Shown: positions 41,258 to 51,820, counted from the stretch's first letter. The stretch: DNA of 58,276 bases from Bacteroidales bacterium (GCA_022360575.1 JAKSCO010000207.1:1-58276), one strand, 5' to 3'. Numbers and translations are program-made. The notes: generated by a model from the letters alone, not told the origin.

Positions 41258-42100
41258 ATGAAAAAGTTATTTGTTGTTTTTTTAGTCGGAATACTTTTTA
41301 GTGTTGTTATAAATAAACAACAAGCTTGTGCCCAGAATGTAAGAGATGGGATTTATGATAAAGAAAATATTCCAGGGAAGAGACCTATTCCATATAGGGA
41401 CGTTAGAGAAGCAGATGTCATGTGGAAGAAAAAGATATGGCAAATTATAGATACTAGAGAAAAAATGAATCATCCTTTTTATTATCCTTTAGTTGATATG
41501 GATGATAGAAGAAGTTTAATCAGTTTAATTATTTACGGAATTAATAATGAAGGCTTAACTGCTTATAAAGATGATGAGTTTAAAGAAATAATGACAAGAG
41601 ATGAGGTTTATGCTGAGTTTGATGCTTTGGCAGATACCCAGCAAGTAGTTAATCCTGAAACAGGTTTTTTAGAATCAAGAGTAATTGAAGGTGAATTAAG
41701 ATATGATGAAGTATATCAATATGAATTAAAAGAAATATGGTACTTTGACAAGGTTCATTCTACAATGCGGGTAAGAACGATTGCTATATGTCCTATACGT
41801 AGATATATGGATCAAGAGACAGGGCAAATAAGAAAGGTGCAAACTTTTTGGGTATATTTTCCAGAATTAAGACCTTTGTTAGCAAGACAAGAAGTTTTTA
41901 ATAGAGGTAATGATGCACAGCGTATTAGTTTTGATGATATCTTCATGCAAAGACGATTTAATAGTTTTATTGTTAGAGAATCGAATGTTTATGACAATAG
42001 ATCGGTTACTCAATATATGCAAGGGATAAATCGATTGTTAGAAGCAGAAAAGATAAAAAGAGAATTGTTTGAACAAGAACACGATTTATGGGAATTCTAG
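41258..42100 (+). CDS. gldN: T9SS/gliding protein GldN (PorN)
   Basis: VREADVMW...W..ID..EKMN.P.YYP, WYFDK, FWVYFP and C-terminal E.DLWEF. Confidence 0.93.
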   Translation: MKKLFVVFLVGILFSVVINKQQACAQNVRDGIYDKENIPGKRPIPYRDVREADVMWKKKIWQIIDTREKMNHPFYYPLVDMDDRRSLISLIIYGINNEGLTAYKDDEFKEIMTRDEVYAEFDALADTQQVVNPETGFLESRVIEGELRYDEVYQYELKEIWYFDKVHSTMRVRTIAICPIRRYMDQETGQIRKVQTFWVYFPELRPLLARQEVFNRGNDAQRISFDDIFMQRRFNSFIVRESNVYDNRSVTQYMQGINRLLEAEKIKRELFEQEHDLWEF

Positions 42101-42120
42101 AGAAAAGAATAAAATATAAT

Positions 42121-42157
42121 AATTAAAAAGAGGCTTGAATTAAGCCTCTTTTTAATT
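42121..42157. terminator. Bidirectional terminator between gldN and manC
   Basis: Perfect 16-bp inverted repeat AATTAAAAAGAGGCTT/AAGCCTCTTTTTAATT with a 5-nt loop. Confidence 0.88.
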
Positions 42158-42162
42158 TGTTC

Positions 42163-43251
42163 TTATAAGAATTTATCTCCAGATTTTAATTTTATCTCGT
42201 TGACATAATGTTTTATATCTTGTTCGTTTTCTTTTTTACAGATTAATAAAATATTATCAGATTCTACTACAATATAGTTTTCTAATCCTTGTAAAACAAC
42301 GAGTTTATCTTTAGGTATATCGACAATACAATCTTTGGTATTGTATGTAAATACATTTTGACCTATGATGGAATTATTGTTATGATCCTTTTTTCTGTTT
42401 TCGTATAATGATCCCCAAGTTCCTAGATCGGCCCACCCAAAATTACTGCAATAGACAAATACGTTTTCAGCTTTTTCCATAATAGCATAGTCGATAGAAA
42501 TATTCTTACTTTCAGAATATACTTGAGAAATAAATTTATCCTCATCTTTGGTATTGTAAAGATCAATTCCTTCTTTAAAAAGATTATTAACTTCAGGAAG
42601 ATAATTATCGAAGGCTTTTATTATTGATTTTAATGACCAAATAAATATTCCTGCATTCCAAAAGAACTCTCCACTTTCATAAAATACTTTAGCTAAATCT
42701 CTATTGGGTTTTTCTGTAAATGTTTTTACCTTAAAAATGTCTTTATTTTCAATTGTTTTATTTTTTTCATTTACTTGTATGTAACCATATCCAGTTTCAG
42801 GTCGGCTAGGTTTAATTCCTAGAGTTAGAAGAGCATCTTTTTTTGAAACAAATTCCAATCCATTACAAACCGTTTCTTTAAACTTAGCTTCATTTAATAT
42901 TAGATGATCAGAAGGCGCTGTTACTATATTTGCCTCAGGATTTCTTTTTAGTATTTTATAATTAGCGTAAGCTATGCAAGGAGCAGTATTTCTTCTGACT
43001 GGTTCTAATAGTATTTGTTCATCAGTGACTTCGGGTAATTGTTCTTTAATAGTGTTTTTATAATTAGAACTGGTAACAATGTATATATTTTCGATAGGAC
43101 AAATATCAGAAAAACGCTCAAAGGTCATTTGTAGTAATGATTTTCCAGTTCCCAATATATCTAGAAATTGTTTGGGTTTATCTTGTCTACTTAGTGGCCA
43201 GAATCTACTTCCTACTCCTCCTGCCATTATTACACAATAATTATTTTTCAT
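42163..43251 (-). CDS. manC: Mannose-1-phosphate guanylyltransferase
   Basis: MAGGVGSRFWPLSR..PKQF, EP..RNTAP, PSDH, ETGYGYI, F.EKP, WNAG, SIDYAIME and W.DLGTW. Confidence 0.95.
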   Translation of the reverse strand: MKNNYCVIMAGGVGSRFWPLSRQDKPKQFLDILGTGKSLLQMTFERFSDICPIENIYIVTSSNYKNTIKEQLPEVTDEQILLEPVRRNTAPCIAYANYKILKRNPEANIVTAPSDHLILNEAKFKETVCNGLEFVSKKDALLTLGIKPSRPETGYGYIQVNEKNKTIENKDIFKVKTFTEKPNRDLAKVFYESGEFFWNAGIFIWSLKSIIKAFDNYLPEVNNLFKEGIDLYNTKDEDKFISQVYSESKNISIDYAIMEKAENVFVYCSNFGWADLGTWGSLYENRKKDHNNNSIIGQNVFTYNTKDCIVDIPKDKLVVLQGLENYIVVESDNILLICKKENEQDIKHYVNEIKLKSGDKFL

Positions 43252-43473
43252 TTATTAAAATTTATGACTTGTCGGATAAATATGTATAAATTCAAATATT
43301 CTTATATCAGTTTCGATAGTTATCTCAGACAATGTCGAGTTTATATTTTTATATTACTAAATTACAAAATGAATAGATAATGAGTAAGTCTTTACCCTAA
43401 AAATACTCATAAAATAGCATACTTGTTATTACAGGTTTTTTATTTAGTATATTTGTGGTTAAATTTTTTAGAT

Positions 43474-44214
43474 ATGGGGTTGTTTTATCATATAGGTAAA
43501 TATTTTTTATTACTAAAGAGAGTATTTGCAAAGCCTGAAAAGCTAAATGTTTATTATAAGGAAACATTAAAGGAGATTCAGAAGTTAGGAATAAACTCGA
43601 TGGGCATTGTTGCAATTATTTCTGTTTTTATGGGAGCTGTAATTACAATTCAGACTGCTTATAATACAGAGAACCCTTTATTGCCTACTTACCTTATAGG
43701 TTTAGGTGCTCGTGATTCTATATTACTTGAATTTTCATCAACAATCGTAGCTCTTATTCTTGCAGGGAAAATAGGTTCAAACATTGCTTCAGAAATAGGA
43801 ACCATGAGGGTTACCGAACAGATTGATGCTTTAGAGATAATGGGAGTTAATTCTGCGAGTTATTTAATTTTACCTAAAATTGTAGCATCTGTAATTTTTG
43901 CTCCATTTCTGACATTATTAAGTATGCTGATTGGTATAACGGGAGGTTGGCTTGCTGGTGTTTTAGCAGGAGTTGTTACTACTGAAAATTATGTGTATGG
44001 TATTCAGTATGCTTTTAATCCATTTTATATAACTTATTCGTTAATTAAAATTGTAGTATTTGCTTTTTTAATTACAACTATTTCTGCTTATCATGGGTAT
44101 AATTCGTATGGAGGTTCATTAGAAGTAGGAAAATCAAGCACTAAGGCTGTAGTACATAGTAGTATTTTTATATTGCTTTTTAATTTAATATTAACACAAT
44201 TGCTTTTATCGTGA
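43474..44214 (+). CDS. mlaE: MlaE-family ABC transporter permease
   Basis: AGKIGS.IASEIGTMRVTEQIDALEIMG and VG.SSTKAVV. ATG 43474 is preferred because of a TATATTTG -7 box at 43448. Confidence 0.9.
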   Translation: MGLFYHIGKYFLLLKRVFAKPEKLNVYYKETLKEIQKLGINSMGIVAIISVFMGAVITIQTAYNTENPLLPTYLIGLGARDSILLEFSSTIVALILAGKIGSNIASEIGTMRVTEQIDALEIMGVNSASYLILPKIVASVIFAPFLTLLSMLIGITGGWLAGVLAGVVTTENYVYGIQYAFNPFYITYSLIKIVVFAFLITTISAYHGYNSYGGSLEVGKSSTKAVVHSSIFILLFNLILTQLLLS

Positions 44215-44972
44215 TAGAGGTTAAAAATGTATATAAATCTTTTGAAAATACAGATGTATTAAAAGATATTAATGTTGTTTTTGAACAAGGAAAAACAAAT
44301 CTTATTATTGGACAAAGTGGATCGGGAAAGACAGTTTTATTGAAATCAATAGTTGGATTACATGATGTAAATAAAGGTGAAATAATATTTGGAGATACTG
44401 TTTTTAATCGATTGAATTTTGGTTTAAAGAAAGAAATGCGAAAGAAAATGGGTATGTTATTTCAAGGGAGTGCATTGTTTGATTCATCGACTGTAGAAGA
44501 AAATGTAATGTTTCCCTTAGATATGTTTACCGATATGTCTTATTCTGATAAGCGTGAAAGGGCAAATGAATGTTTAAAAAGAGTTAATATTATAAATGCA
44601 AATAATTTATATCCTTCAGAGATTAGTGGAGGAATGCAAAAGCGAGTAGCAATTGCCAGAGCTATAGCCTTAAATCCGAAATATTTATTTTGTGATGAAC
44701 CTAATTCTGGGTTAGATCCTAAAACGTCAATTGTAATTGATAATTTAATAAAAGAAATTACAATTGAATATAATATGACAACCATTATTAATACTCATGA
44801 TATGAACTCAGTGATGGAAATAGGAGATAAAGTAATATTTATCTATAAAGGAGAAAAATGGTGGGAAGGAACAAAAGATGACATTTTTAATACAAATAAT
44901 AATGAGCTTAATGGATTTATCTTTGCATCAAAATTATCACAAAAGATTAAAGAGTTAGGGGCTAAAAAGTAA
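44211..44972 (+). CDS. mlaF: MlaF-family ABC transporter ATP-binding protein
   Basis: GQSGSGKT, FQGSALFDS, ISGGMQKRVAIARA and DEPNSGLDP. The GTG start overlaps the mlaE stop. Confidence 0.88.
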   Translation: MIEVKNVYKSFENTDVLKDINVVFEQGKTNLIIGQSGSGKTVLLKSIVGLHDVNKGEIIFGDTVFNRLNFGLKKEMRKKMGMLFQGSALFDSSTVEENVMFPLDMFTDMSYSDKRERANECLKRVNIINANNLYPSEISGGMQKRVAIARAIALNPKYLFCDEPNSGLDPKTSIVIDNLIKEITIEYNMTTIINTHDMNSVMEIGDKVIFIYKGEKWWEGTKDDIFNTNNNELNGFIFASKLSQKIKELGAKK

Positions 44973-45004
44973 AATATAATGTTGTAATTATCTATTTATA
45001 GGAA

Positions 45005-45047
45005 AAAACAAAAGGGCTATTTTTAGAAATTTTATAGCCCTTGTTTT
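45005..45047. terminator. Bidirectional terminator between mlaF and the FKBP gene
   Basis: Stem AAGGGCTAT/ATAGCCCTT flanked by AAAAC and GTTTT. Confidence 0.65.
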
Positions 45048-45055
45048 AATTAATT

Positions 45056-45529
45056 TCAAATATCATCTGGATTTTGTAGAGTAACTTTTTTCAATGTTAT
45101 TTCATATATAAGAACTGAGTTTGCTGGGATTCCTGTATAACCTCTTACTCCATAACCAAATTTTGAAGGAATGAAAAGAGTTCCTTTACCTCCCTCTCGA
45201 AAAAGAGGAATTCCTAATCTCAAGCCTCTATTAAATGTATAAAGATTTCCAGAACTATCTTCTTTGAAAACGGTTCCATTTAAAAGAGATCCTTTAGAAT
45301 CAAAGCTAATAGAAGAAAACACATCAGGTCTTTTTCCTGTACCTTCTTCTTTGATAACATAATATATTCCATCGCTTGTAGATTGAGCCGTGATACTACT
45401 ATCTGCTAAATACTTTTCGATTAAATTAATATCTACTTCAAATTGTTTTTCTTCTGAACTTTTTTTATCCCTACATGCAGTAATAATTAAGAATATAAGA
45501 ATGGGTAAAAGAAATAATAATTTTTTCAT
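45056..45529 (-). CDS. FKBP-type peptidyl-prolyl isomerase-like lipoprotein
   Basis: Lipobox ITA-C, G.YY.I..EG.G, GGKGTLFIPSKFGYG and IPANSVL.YEI.L. Confidence 0.85.
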   Translation of the reverse strand: MKKLLFLLPILIFLIITACRDKKSSEEKQFEVDINLIEKYLADSSITAQSTSDGIYYVIKEEGTGKRPDVFSSISFDSKGSLLNGTVFKEDSSGNLYTFNRGLRLGIPLFREGGKGTLFIPSKFGYGVRGYTGIPANSVLIYEITLKKVTLQNPDDI

Positions 45530-45659
45530 ATATATTTTATTAAAAATTTTAACTAAAATAGGTTTTCTATAGTCTACAAAAGTAATAAAATGTAGTTAAA
45601 TTTTATCGAGAGGACTATTTTTTTACTTGAGAGAAAAGTGATTATATGTATTAATGATT

Positions 45660-46325
45660 CTAAGAAGAAATACCTTGATCTTCTATATCGTTGAATTCGT
45701 CAAAACATTCTTTTAGTTCATCAAGGTGTTGTTTAAACATCTTTTTATTATAAAACTGAGTTATTGGAATGAATATAGCACATGAAGCAATGGCAACAAT
45801 AGACAAACTTATAATTTGATGTATCGTAAGTAGGTTATATATTTCATTAATTTTGTCGTCTCCAAGTTTTCTAAGAATGCCCAAACACAATCCAAGCAAG
45901 ATAGAGAAAGGTAGTATTAAATACTTTGAAAAAGTACTCTTATTGAAATTAACATATCGTTCGATATCTTTTATTGTTTTAATGAGTGCAGGTTTTAGTT
46001 TGTTTGTTGACATAACAGTTTTTCTTACTTTTAGATAATTGTATGTTTCCCAAAGTATCAATGTAGAAAAAAATGTAGTAGTAAATAACAAAATGTATAT
46101 CTTGTATTCGGAAGTAATATCATTAAAAATCCACCAAAGAATAGCTATTGATAAAATAGTTCCTACATACAAGTCTATTTTGTAGTTCCGTTTTATTTTA
46201 TTTAAAGCTGTATTCGATTTCTTCTTTATTGTGAGTTTAGCTTCAATTTCTTCTTTATTTAAATGTCCTTTTTTATTAAAAGAATCCTTCCATGCTTTTT
46301 TTATCTCATCAAACTCCATATTCAA
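45660..46325 (-). CDS. Putative anti-sigma membrane protein
   Basis: MEFDEIKKAW N-terminus and four TM helices; overlaps the ECF sigma 3' end. Confidence 0.6.
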   Translation of the reverse strand: MNMEFDEIKKAWKDSFNKKGHLNKEEIEAKLTIKKKSNTALNKIKRNYKIDLYVGTILSIAILWWIFNDITSEYKIYILLFTTTFFSTLILWETYNYLKVRKTVMSTNKLKPALIKTIKDIERYVNFNKSTFSKYLILPFSILLGLCLGILRKLGDDKINEIYNLLTIHQIISLSIVAIASCAIFIPITQFYNKKMFKQHLDELKECFDEFNDIEDQGISS

Positions 46326-46818
46326 GTTCTTTTAAAATAGATTGTAGTTTGTGTTTAATTCTATTTATTTTAACCCCAACATTAGATACAGTAATTCCAG
46401 CTATATCAGCTATCTCTTCGTAAGAGTAATCATCCATGTAAAGAATAATTATAGCTTTCTCGGCTTTATTTAATTTTGCTATTGCTTTATGTACTAAGTT
46501 TCTCTGATTTTCTTTTTCGTTATAACTGTCGTCGTCAACAATATTAATAGGTATAGTTTGTGTTGTATCTTCGTTATTCTTTCTATCTCTTTTATATTGA
46601 GCAATAGCAGTGTTTAGAGCTACTCGATACATCCATGTCGAAAATTTAGATTTCCAATTAAATGAAGAATAAGATTGCCATAGCTGTACTAAAATATCTT
46701 GGAAAAGATCCTTTTGGCATTCATCTCTATTGCAGTACATCTTTGATACCTTATGAATGATTCCTTGATGTTTTTCGATTAAGCTAATGAAATCTTCTTT
46801 TTTAATATTAGGGTTCAA
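46309..46818 (-). CDS. ECF-type RNA polymerase sigma factor
   Basis: DLFQDILVQLW and FSTWMYRVALNTA (region 2); YSYEEIADIAGITVSNVGVKINR (region 4). TTG start. Confidence 0.93.
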   Translation of the reverse strand: MNPNIKKEDFISLIEKHQGIIHKVSKMYCNRDECQKDLFQDILVQLWQSYSSFNWKSKFSTWMYRVALNTAIAQYKRDRKNNEDTTQTIPINIVDDDSYNEKENQRNLVHKAIAKLNKAEKAIIILYMDDYSYEEIADIAGITVSNVGVKINRIKHKLQSILKELEYGV

Positions 46819-47002
46819 TTTCTAGGATTTGTTTTGAAATCTAATTATAGATTAAATAGTTTTTAAAAAAATCTTTAGTCTAGGTTTTAAAAAATAAGGC
46901 TAAAGGTAAATATCTAAAATAAATATTCAAAAGCTTATTTTATATTTTGTTATTCATTGCTCGTTTCTAAAAACTTATATTTGTTAGTCTAATTGTAGAT
47001 TC

Positions 47003-50000
47003 ATGAAAAAAGAAGATCATTATATACACATTAAAAAGGGTAGAGAACATAACCTTAAGAATGTTGACTTGAAAATACCACACCATAAGATAACTTGTTT
47101 TACTGGAGTTTCAGGTTCAGGGAAATCATCGTTAGTTTATGATATAATAGGGAAGGAGAGCCAACGTCGTTATTTCGAAACATTTTCTTCATATGCTCGT
47201 CAGTTTATGGGAAAAATGAGTCGTCCTGAGGTTGAATCAATTGATGGTTTAATGCCAGTAATTATGGTCGATCAGAAAACGATTAGTCGAAATCCTCGAT
47301 CGACAGTAGGAACAATAAGTGAACTATATGATTATTTGCGATTACTTTTTGCCCGAGTTGGAATTTCAGAGAAATATTCTAATATGAAATTAACTCGTAG
47401 CTTATTTTCTTTTAATAGTGCCGAAGGGTGGTGCGAAAACTGCAAAGGTTTGGGGCTTGAGGATAAGATAGATTCCAATTTATTGATTAAAGATGAAGAG
47501 AAGAGTTTGAGGCAAGGAGCACTAAAAATAACAACACCATCGGGGTATACCATATATTCGCAAGTTACTATTGATGTTATGAATGAGGTGTGTAAGTCCG
47601 AAGGGTTTACTGTAGATATTCCTTGGAAGAACTTGAGTTTGGATCAAAAAAATATAGTACTAAATGGTAGTAGTAAGATAAAGATTCCTTTTGGGAAACA
47701 CACTCTAGAGTCGCGGATGAAATGGAGTGGAATTACAGCTAAGCCCCGCGAAGAGGGATACTACAAAGGTATACTACCGATCATGGAGAATATATTACGA
47801 GTTGATCGTAACCCAAATATTTTACGTTTTGCCCAAACTGTATCGTGTAATAAATGCAAAGGAACAAGGCTTAATCAGAAAGCTTTATCTGTACATATTA
47901 ATGGCTTAAATATTATTGATTTTGCAGAGATGTCTATTGCTGAACTAAAAGAAGCTTTTACGAAGACTATCTTTAATCGAAATCAAAAGGATATTGGAAA
48001 CCCTGTCCGAGAAAAGATAATTAATCGGTGTGAGATACTTGAAAACTTAGGTTTGGGATATCTAAGCTTAATGCGTTCGTCGGAGAGTTTAAGCGGGGGT
48101 GAGGCTCAACGAATACGTTTAGCGACACAAACAACTAATGGTTTGCGTGGGATTTTATACATTCTTGATGAGCCTTCTATTGGACTTCATCCTTACGATA
48201 ACAATAGAATGATACAAGTAATGCAACATTTACGCAATCAGGGAAACACAGTGTTGGTTGTTGAACACGATAAGGAAACAATGCTTAATGCTGATCAGAT
48301 TATTGATATAGGACCTTTAGCTGGGAAAAATGGAGGAGAAGTTTTATTCAATACAACAGTTAATGGTATTACTGAAATTAATAATGATAAAAGTAAAACT
48401 CTAAAACTGTTAAGAGCCGGAAATGCAGTTGTTTGTAATAAAAAGATAGTAGATAATAAGTATATACGAATAAGAAAAGCAACATTACATAACCTTAGAG
48501 GTATACATGTTGATTTTAAACAGCATGCATTAAATGTTGTTACAGGAGTTTCGGGTGCCGGAAAATCGACCCTTGTTTTTGACTTATTAGGGAAATATTT
48601 TGAAACGACTTTAGCTGGTAATAAAGAAGCCGACTCTATTACAAGCGACGATAAAATCTATAAAATAATAGAGATAAATCAATTGCCTATAGGACGAACA
48701 CCTCGAAGTAATGCAGCTACTTATACAAAGTTGTTTGATCTGATTCGTAAATTATTTGCTAGTTTACCTGAGTCGAAGAAACGAAATTGGAAACAGTCGT
48801 ATTTTTCTTTTAATACCAAAGGTGGACGTTGCGAAACTTGCGAAGGTGCAGGATATATCGAAACCGGAATGCATTTTTTAAATAATGTAGCTACATTATG
48901 TTCTGCTTGTGGAGGAAAAAGGTATAAGCCCGAGATATTAGAAATTGAGTATAAAGGCAAAAATATATCAGAAGTATTAGAGATGGAAATAACCGATGCT
49001 CTTGATTTTTTCATTGATAACGATAAAATCCATCATTATTTAAAGGTTCTAAACGATTTGGGTTTAGGATATTTATCGTTAGGTCAGCCTGCAACTACTT
49101 TGTCGGGAGGCGAGGCACAAAGATTAAAGCTTGCAACAGAACTGGTAAAGCCTAATAAAAACCATACTCTTTATATTTTTGATGAACCAACAACTGGTTT
49201 ACATCACTACGATATTAAAATATTGCTAAAGGCTTTGCAGGGTCTTACCGAAAAAGGACATACTGTAATTGTAATTGAACATGATAAAGATATTATAACA
49301 CAGGCTGACTGGATTGTAGATTTAGGTCCTTTGGGTGGCGATAGGGGTGGCGATTTGGTATATTCAGGAAATTATGAAGGTTTGTTAAGTTGCGAGCAAT
49401 CATATACAGCAAAAGCTTTAAGGGGTGATTTAAAATCGACACGAAAATCAATACCAGACAATATAGAGCAGCTTATTGAAGCTCCAATTTCATTAAAAGG
49501 AGTAAATACTCATAATCTAAAAAACATCGATATAGATATCCCTAGAAATAAACTTTCTGTTATTACTGGAGTTTCTGGTAGTGGTAAATCTTCGCTTGCT
49601 TTCGATTCTTTGTTTGCTGAGGGGCAATATCGTTTTACTGAAAGTTTTTCGACCTATACCCGAAGTTTGATTAATCAGAAAACTCGTCCTGATATTGCAG
49701 AAACTTATGGATTAACCCCAACAATTGCTATTGATAGTAAATCAATTGCCAAAAATCCAAGAGCAACAGTAGGGACTATTTGTGGTGTATACGATTTGTT
49801 GCGCCTATTGTATGCTCGTGTATCTATCGACCACAATAATAATTTATGTACCGAATCATCGAGTGTTTTCTCGTTTAATCATGAGAAAGGAGCTTGTTTA
49901 AAATGCAATGGTTTAGGTTTTGAGCTTACTTGCGATACAGATAAGTTAATATCGAATCCGGAGTTGGCCCTGAATAATGGAGCAATGAAAGCTTCGAAAC

Positions 50001-51820
50001 CGGGTTTGTTTTATGGTGATCCTTATGGACAGCATATGGCGATTTTAAATGTTGTAGGTCCAGATAATAACATTGATTATAATAAGCCGTGGTGCGAATT
50101 AAGCAAAAAAGCTCAAGATATAGCTTTGTTCGGAACCGGAGATAAGAAATATCGTGTTGAGTGGAAGTTTAAACGAAAAAACAGAGAAGGGACTCATGAG
50201 TTTGAAACATTGTGGCTGGGCTTGTCCGAATATGTTAATGCCGAATACAAGAAAAAGCATAATAAACAAGGTGGAGCAAATTTATTGGCATTGATGAAAG
50301 AGGTAGAGTGTAATACTTGTAATGGCAATAGATTAAATAATGAAGCATTACAATATACTATTTCAGGAAAAAATATAGCACAGATAACAAATCTAGAGAT
50401 AGATCAAACTCTAAACTTTATTTCTGACTTAGAGAAAACTTTAACCAATACTCAATTGCAGATAAGTGCCGAAATAAGACGTTTAATTAAGGAGAAATTG
50501 TATAAAATATGCCAAATAGGTTTATCTTATTTAAGCTTATCGCGAAGTTCGATAAGCCTTTCGGGAGGCGAAGGACGTAGGCTTCGTTTGATTTCGCAAT
50601 TAGGAGGTGAACTTACAGGAATAACATATGTGCTCGATGAGCCTACTATTGGTTTGCACTCGAAAGATACACAAAGTCTTATTAGCTTATTAAAAGATTT
50701 AGCTGAACAAAATACTGTTGTTGTAGTTGAGCATGATAAAGATATTATTGAATCGGCCGATTATTTAATTGAACTGGGTACTGGAGCAGGAATAAATGGA
50801 GGGAAGATAGTTGAAAAAGGATCGATTACTGATTTTATGAAAAGTAAAAACTCGATTACAACACCGTATTTTAAAAATAATATTTACAAATCAAACAAAT
50901 CAGATATTGATTTAGAGTTTAAATTGACTATAAAAAAAGCCAAAGCAAATAATCTAAAAGATATTGATTTAAACTTGCCTATAAATGGAATAACTGTTTT
51001 TGCAGGTGTTTCGGGAAGCGGCAAAACTTCTCTTTTATTTGATGTTATAGGAAAGTCGGTTAGGAGCAATAAAGCTGTTGGGTGTGATAGTATTGAGGGA
51101 TTACAAAATTTCGATTCGGTAATTTATATCGACCAGTCGGCCGTAGGGAAAAACCCTTTGAGTACTCCAGCTAGTTATTTAGGGGTGTTAGATGATATTC
51201 GCAATATATTTTCTAAAACCGAAAAAGCAAAACAGGCAAAGCTTAAAGCAAGTCATTTTTCGTACAATTCGAAATTAGGACAATGCGATACTTGTAAAGG
51301 CCAAGGGCAGTTAAAAGTTTCTATGGATTTTTTAACAGATGTATATATTCCTTGTTCTGCTTGCGAGGGGCAACGTTTTAAACCAGATGTTTTGAGTGTA
51401 AAATGGGAGAACTATTCTATTTACGAGATTTTAAATAAGACAATTGCCGAGGCAAAAATAATTTTTAAGTCAGAAAAGAAATTATTTAAAGCATTTGAGT
51501 TGCTACAACAAGTAGGGTTGGGGCATTTAAAATTAGGACAAGGAGCCAACACTTTGTCGGGGGGCGAGGCTCAACGCTTAAAGTTGGTTAAAGAATTATT
51601 AAAAGAAATTCGCGGTCGATGTTTGTATTTATTCGACGAACCAACCACAGGATTACATTTTGCCGATATCGAAAATTTATTAAAAGTATTTTTTGATTTG
51701 CGCGATAAAGGGCATGCTTTGTATATTGTCGAGCATCATCCTTGGTTTTATACTTTAGCCGATTATTTAATAACCTTAGGGCCTAAAGGAGGCAATAAAG
51801 GAGGATATATAATCGAGTAA
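47003..51820 (+). CDS. uvrA: Double-length UvrA-like protein (tandem fusion, four ABC ATPase domains)
   Basis: Four HNL/NNL plus Walker A blocks (GVSGSGKS, GVSGAGKS, GVSGSGKS, GVSGSGKT), four LSGGE signatures, four DEP Walker B motifs and CxxC zinc pairs. 1605 aa. Confidence 0.9.
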   Translation: MKKEDHYIHIKKGREHNLKNVDLKIPHHKITCFTGVSGSGKSSLVYDIIGKESQRRYFETFSSYARQFMGKMSRPEVESIDGLMPVIMVDQKTISRNPRSTVGTISELYDYLRLLFARVGISEKYSNMKLTRSLFSFNSAEGWCENCKGLGLEDKIDSNLLIKDEEKSLRQGALKITTPSGYTIYSQVTIDVMNEVCKSEGFTVDIPWKNLSLDQKNIVLNGSSKIKIPFGKHTLESRMKWSGITAKPREEGYYKGILPIMENILRVDRNPNILRFAQTVSCNKCKGTRLNQKALSVHINGLNIIDFAEMSIAELKEAFTKTIFNRNQKDIGNPVREKIINRCEILENLGLGYLSLMRSSESLSGGEAQRIRLATQTTNGLRGILYILDEPSIGLHPYDNNRMIQVMQHLRNQGNTVLVVEHDKETMLNADQIIDIGPLAGKNGGEVLFNTTVNGITEINNDKSKTLKLLRAGNAVVCNKKIVDNKYIRIRKATLHNLRGIHVDFKQHALNVVTGVSGAGKSTLVFDLLGKYFETTLAGNKEADSITSDDKIYKIIEINQLPIGRTPRSNAATYTKLFDLIRKLFASLPESKKRNWKQSYFSFNTKGGRCETCEGAGYIETGMHFLNNVATLCSACGGKRYKPEILEIEYKGKNISEVLEMEITDALDFFIDNDKIHHYLKVLNDLGLGYLSLGQPATTLSGGEAQRLKLATELVKPNKNHTLYIFDEPTTGLHHYDIKILLKALQGLTEKGHTVIVIEHDKDIITQADWIVDLGPLGGDRGGDLVYSGNYEGLLSCEQSYTAKALRGDLKSTRKSIPDNIEQLIEAPISLKGVNTHNLKNIDIDIPRNKLSVITGVSGSGKSSLAFDSLFAEGQYRFTESFSTYTRSLINQKTRPDIAETYGLTPTIAIDSKSIAKNPRATVGTICGVYDLLRLLYARVSIDHNNNLCTESSSVFSFNHEKGACLKCNGLGFELTCDTDKLISNPELALNNGAMKASKPGLFYGDPYGQHMAILNVVGPDNNIDYNKPWCELSKKAQDIALFGTGDKKYRVEWKFKRKNREGTHEFETLWLGLSEYVNAEYKKKHNKQGGANLLALMKEVECNTCNGNRLNNEALQYTISGKNIAQITNLEIDQTLNFISDLEKTLTNTQLQISAEIRRLIKEKLYKICQIGLSYLSLSRSSISLSGGEGRRLRLISQLGGELTGITYVLDEPTIGLHSKDTQSLISLLKDLAEQNTVVVVEHDKDIIESADYLIELGTGAGINGGKIVEKGSITDFMKSKNSITTPYFKNNIYKSNKSDIDLEFKLTIKKAKANNLKDIDLNLPINGITVFAGVSGSGKTSLLFDVIGKSVRSNKAVGCDSIEGLQNFDSVIYIDQSAVGKNPLSTPASYLGVLDDIRNIFSKTEKAKQAKLKASHFSYNSKLGQCDTCKGQGQLKVSMDFLTDVYIPCSACEGQRFKPDVLSVKWENYSIYEILNKTIAEAKIIFKSEKKLFKAFELLQQVGLGHLKLGQGANTLSGGEAQRLKLVKELLKEIRGRCLYLFDEPTTGLHFADIENLLKVFFDLRDKGHALYIVEHHPWFYTLADYLITLGPKGGNKGGYIIE

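Noticed and set aside
36236-42100. porP-gldKLMN as the novel system
   Set aside because: This is the well-described T9SS core operon in its canonical order.
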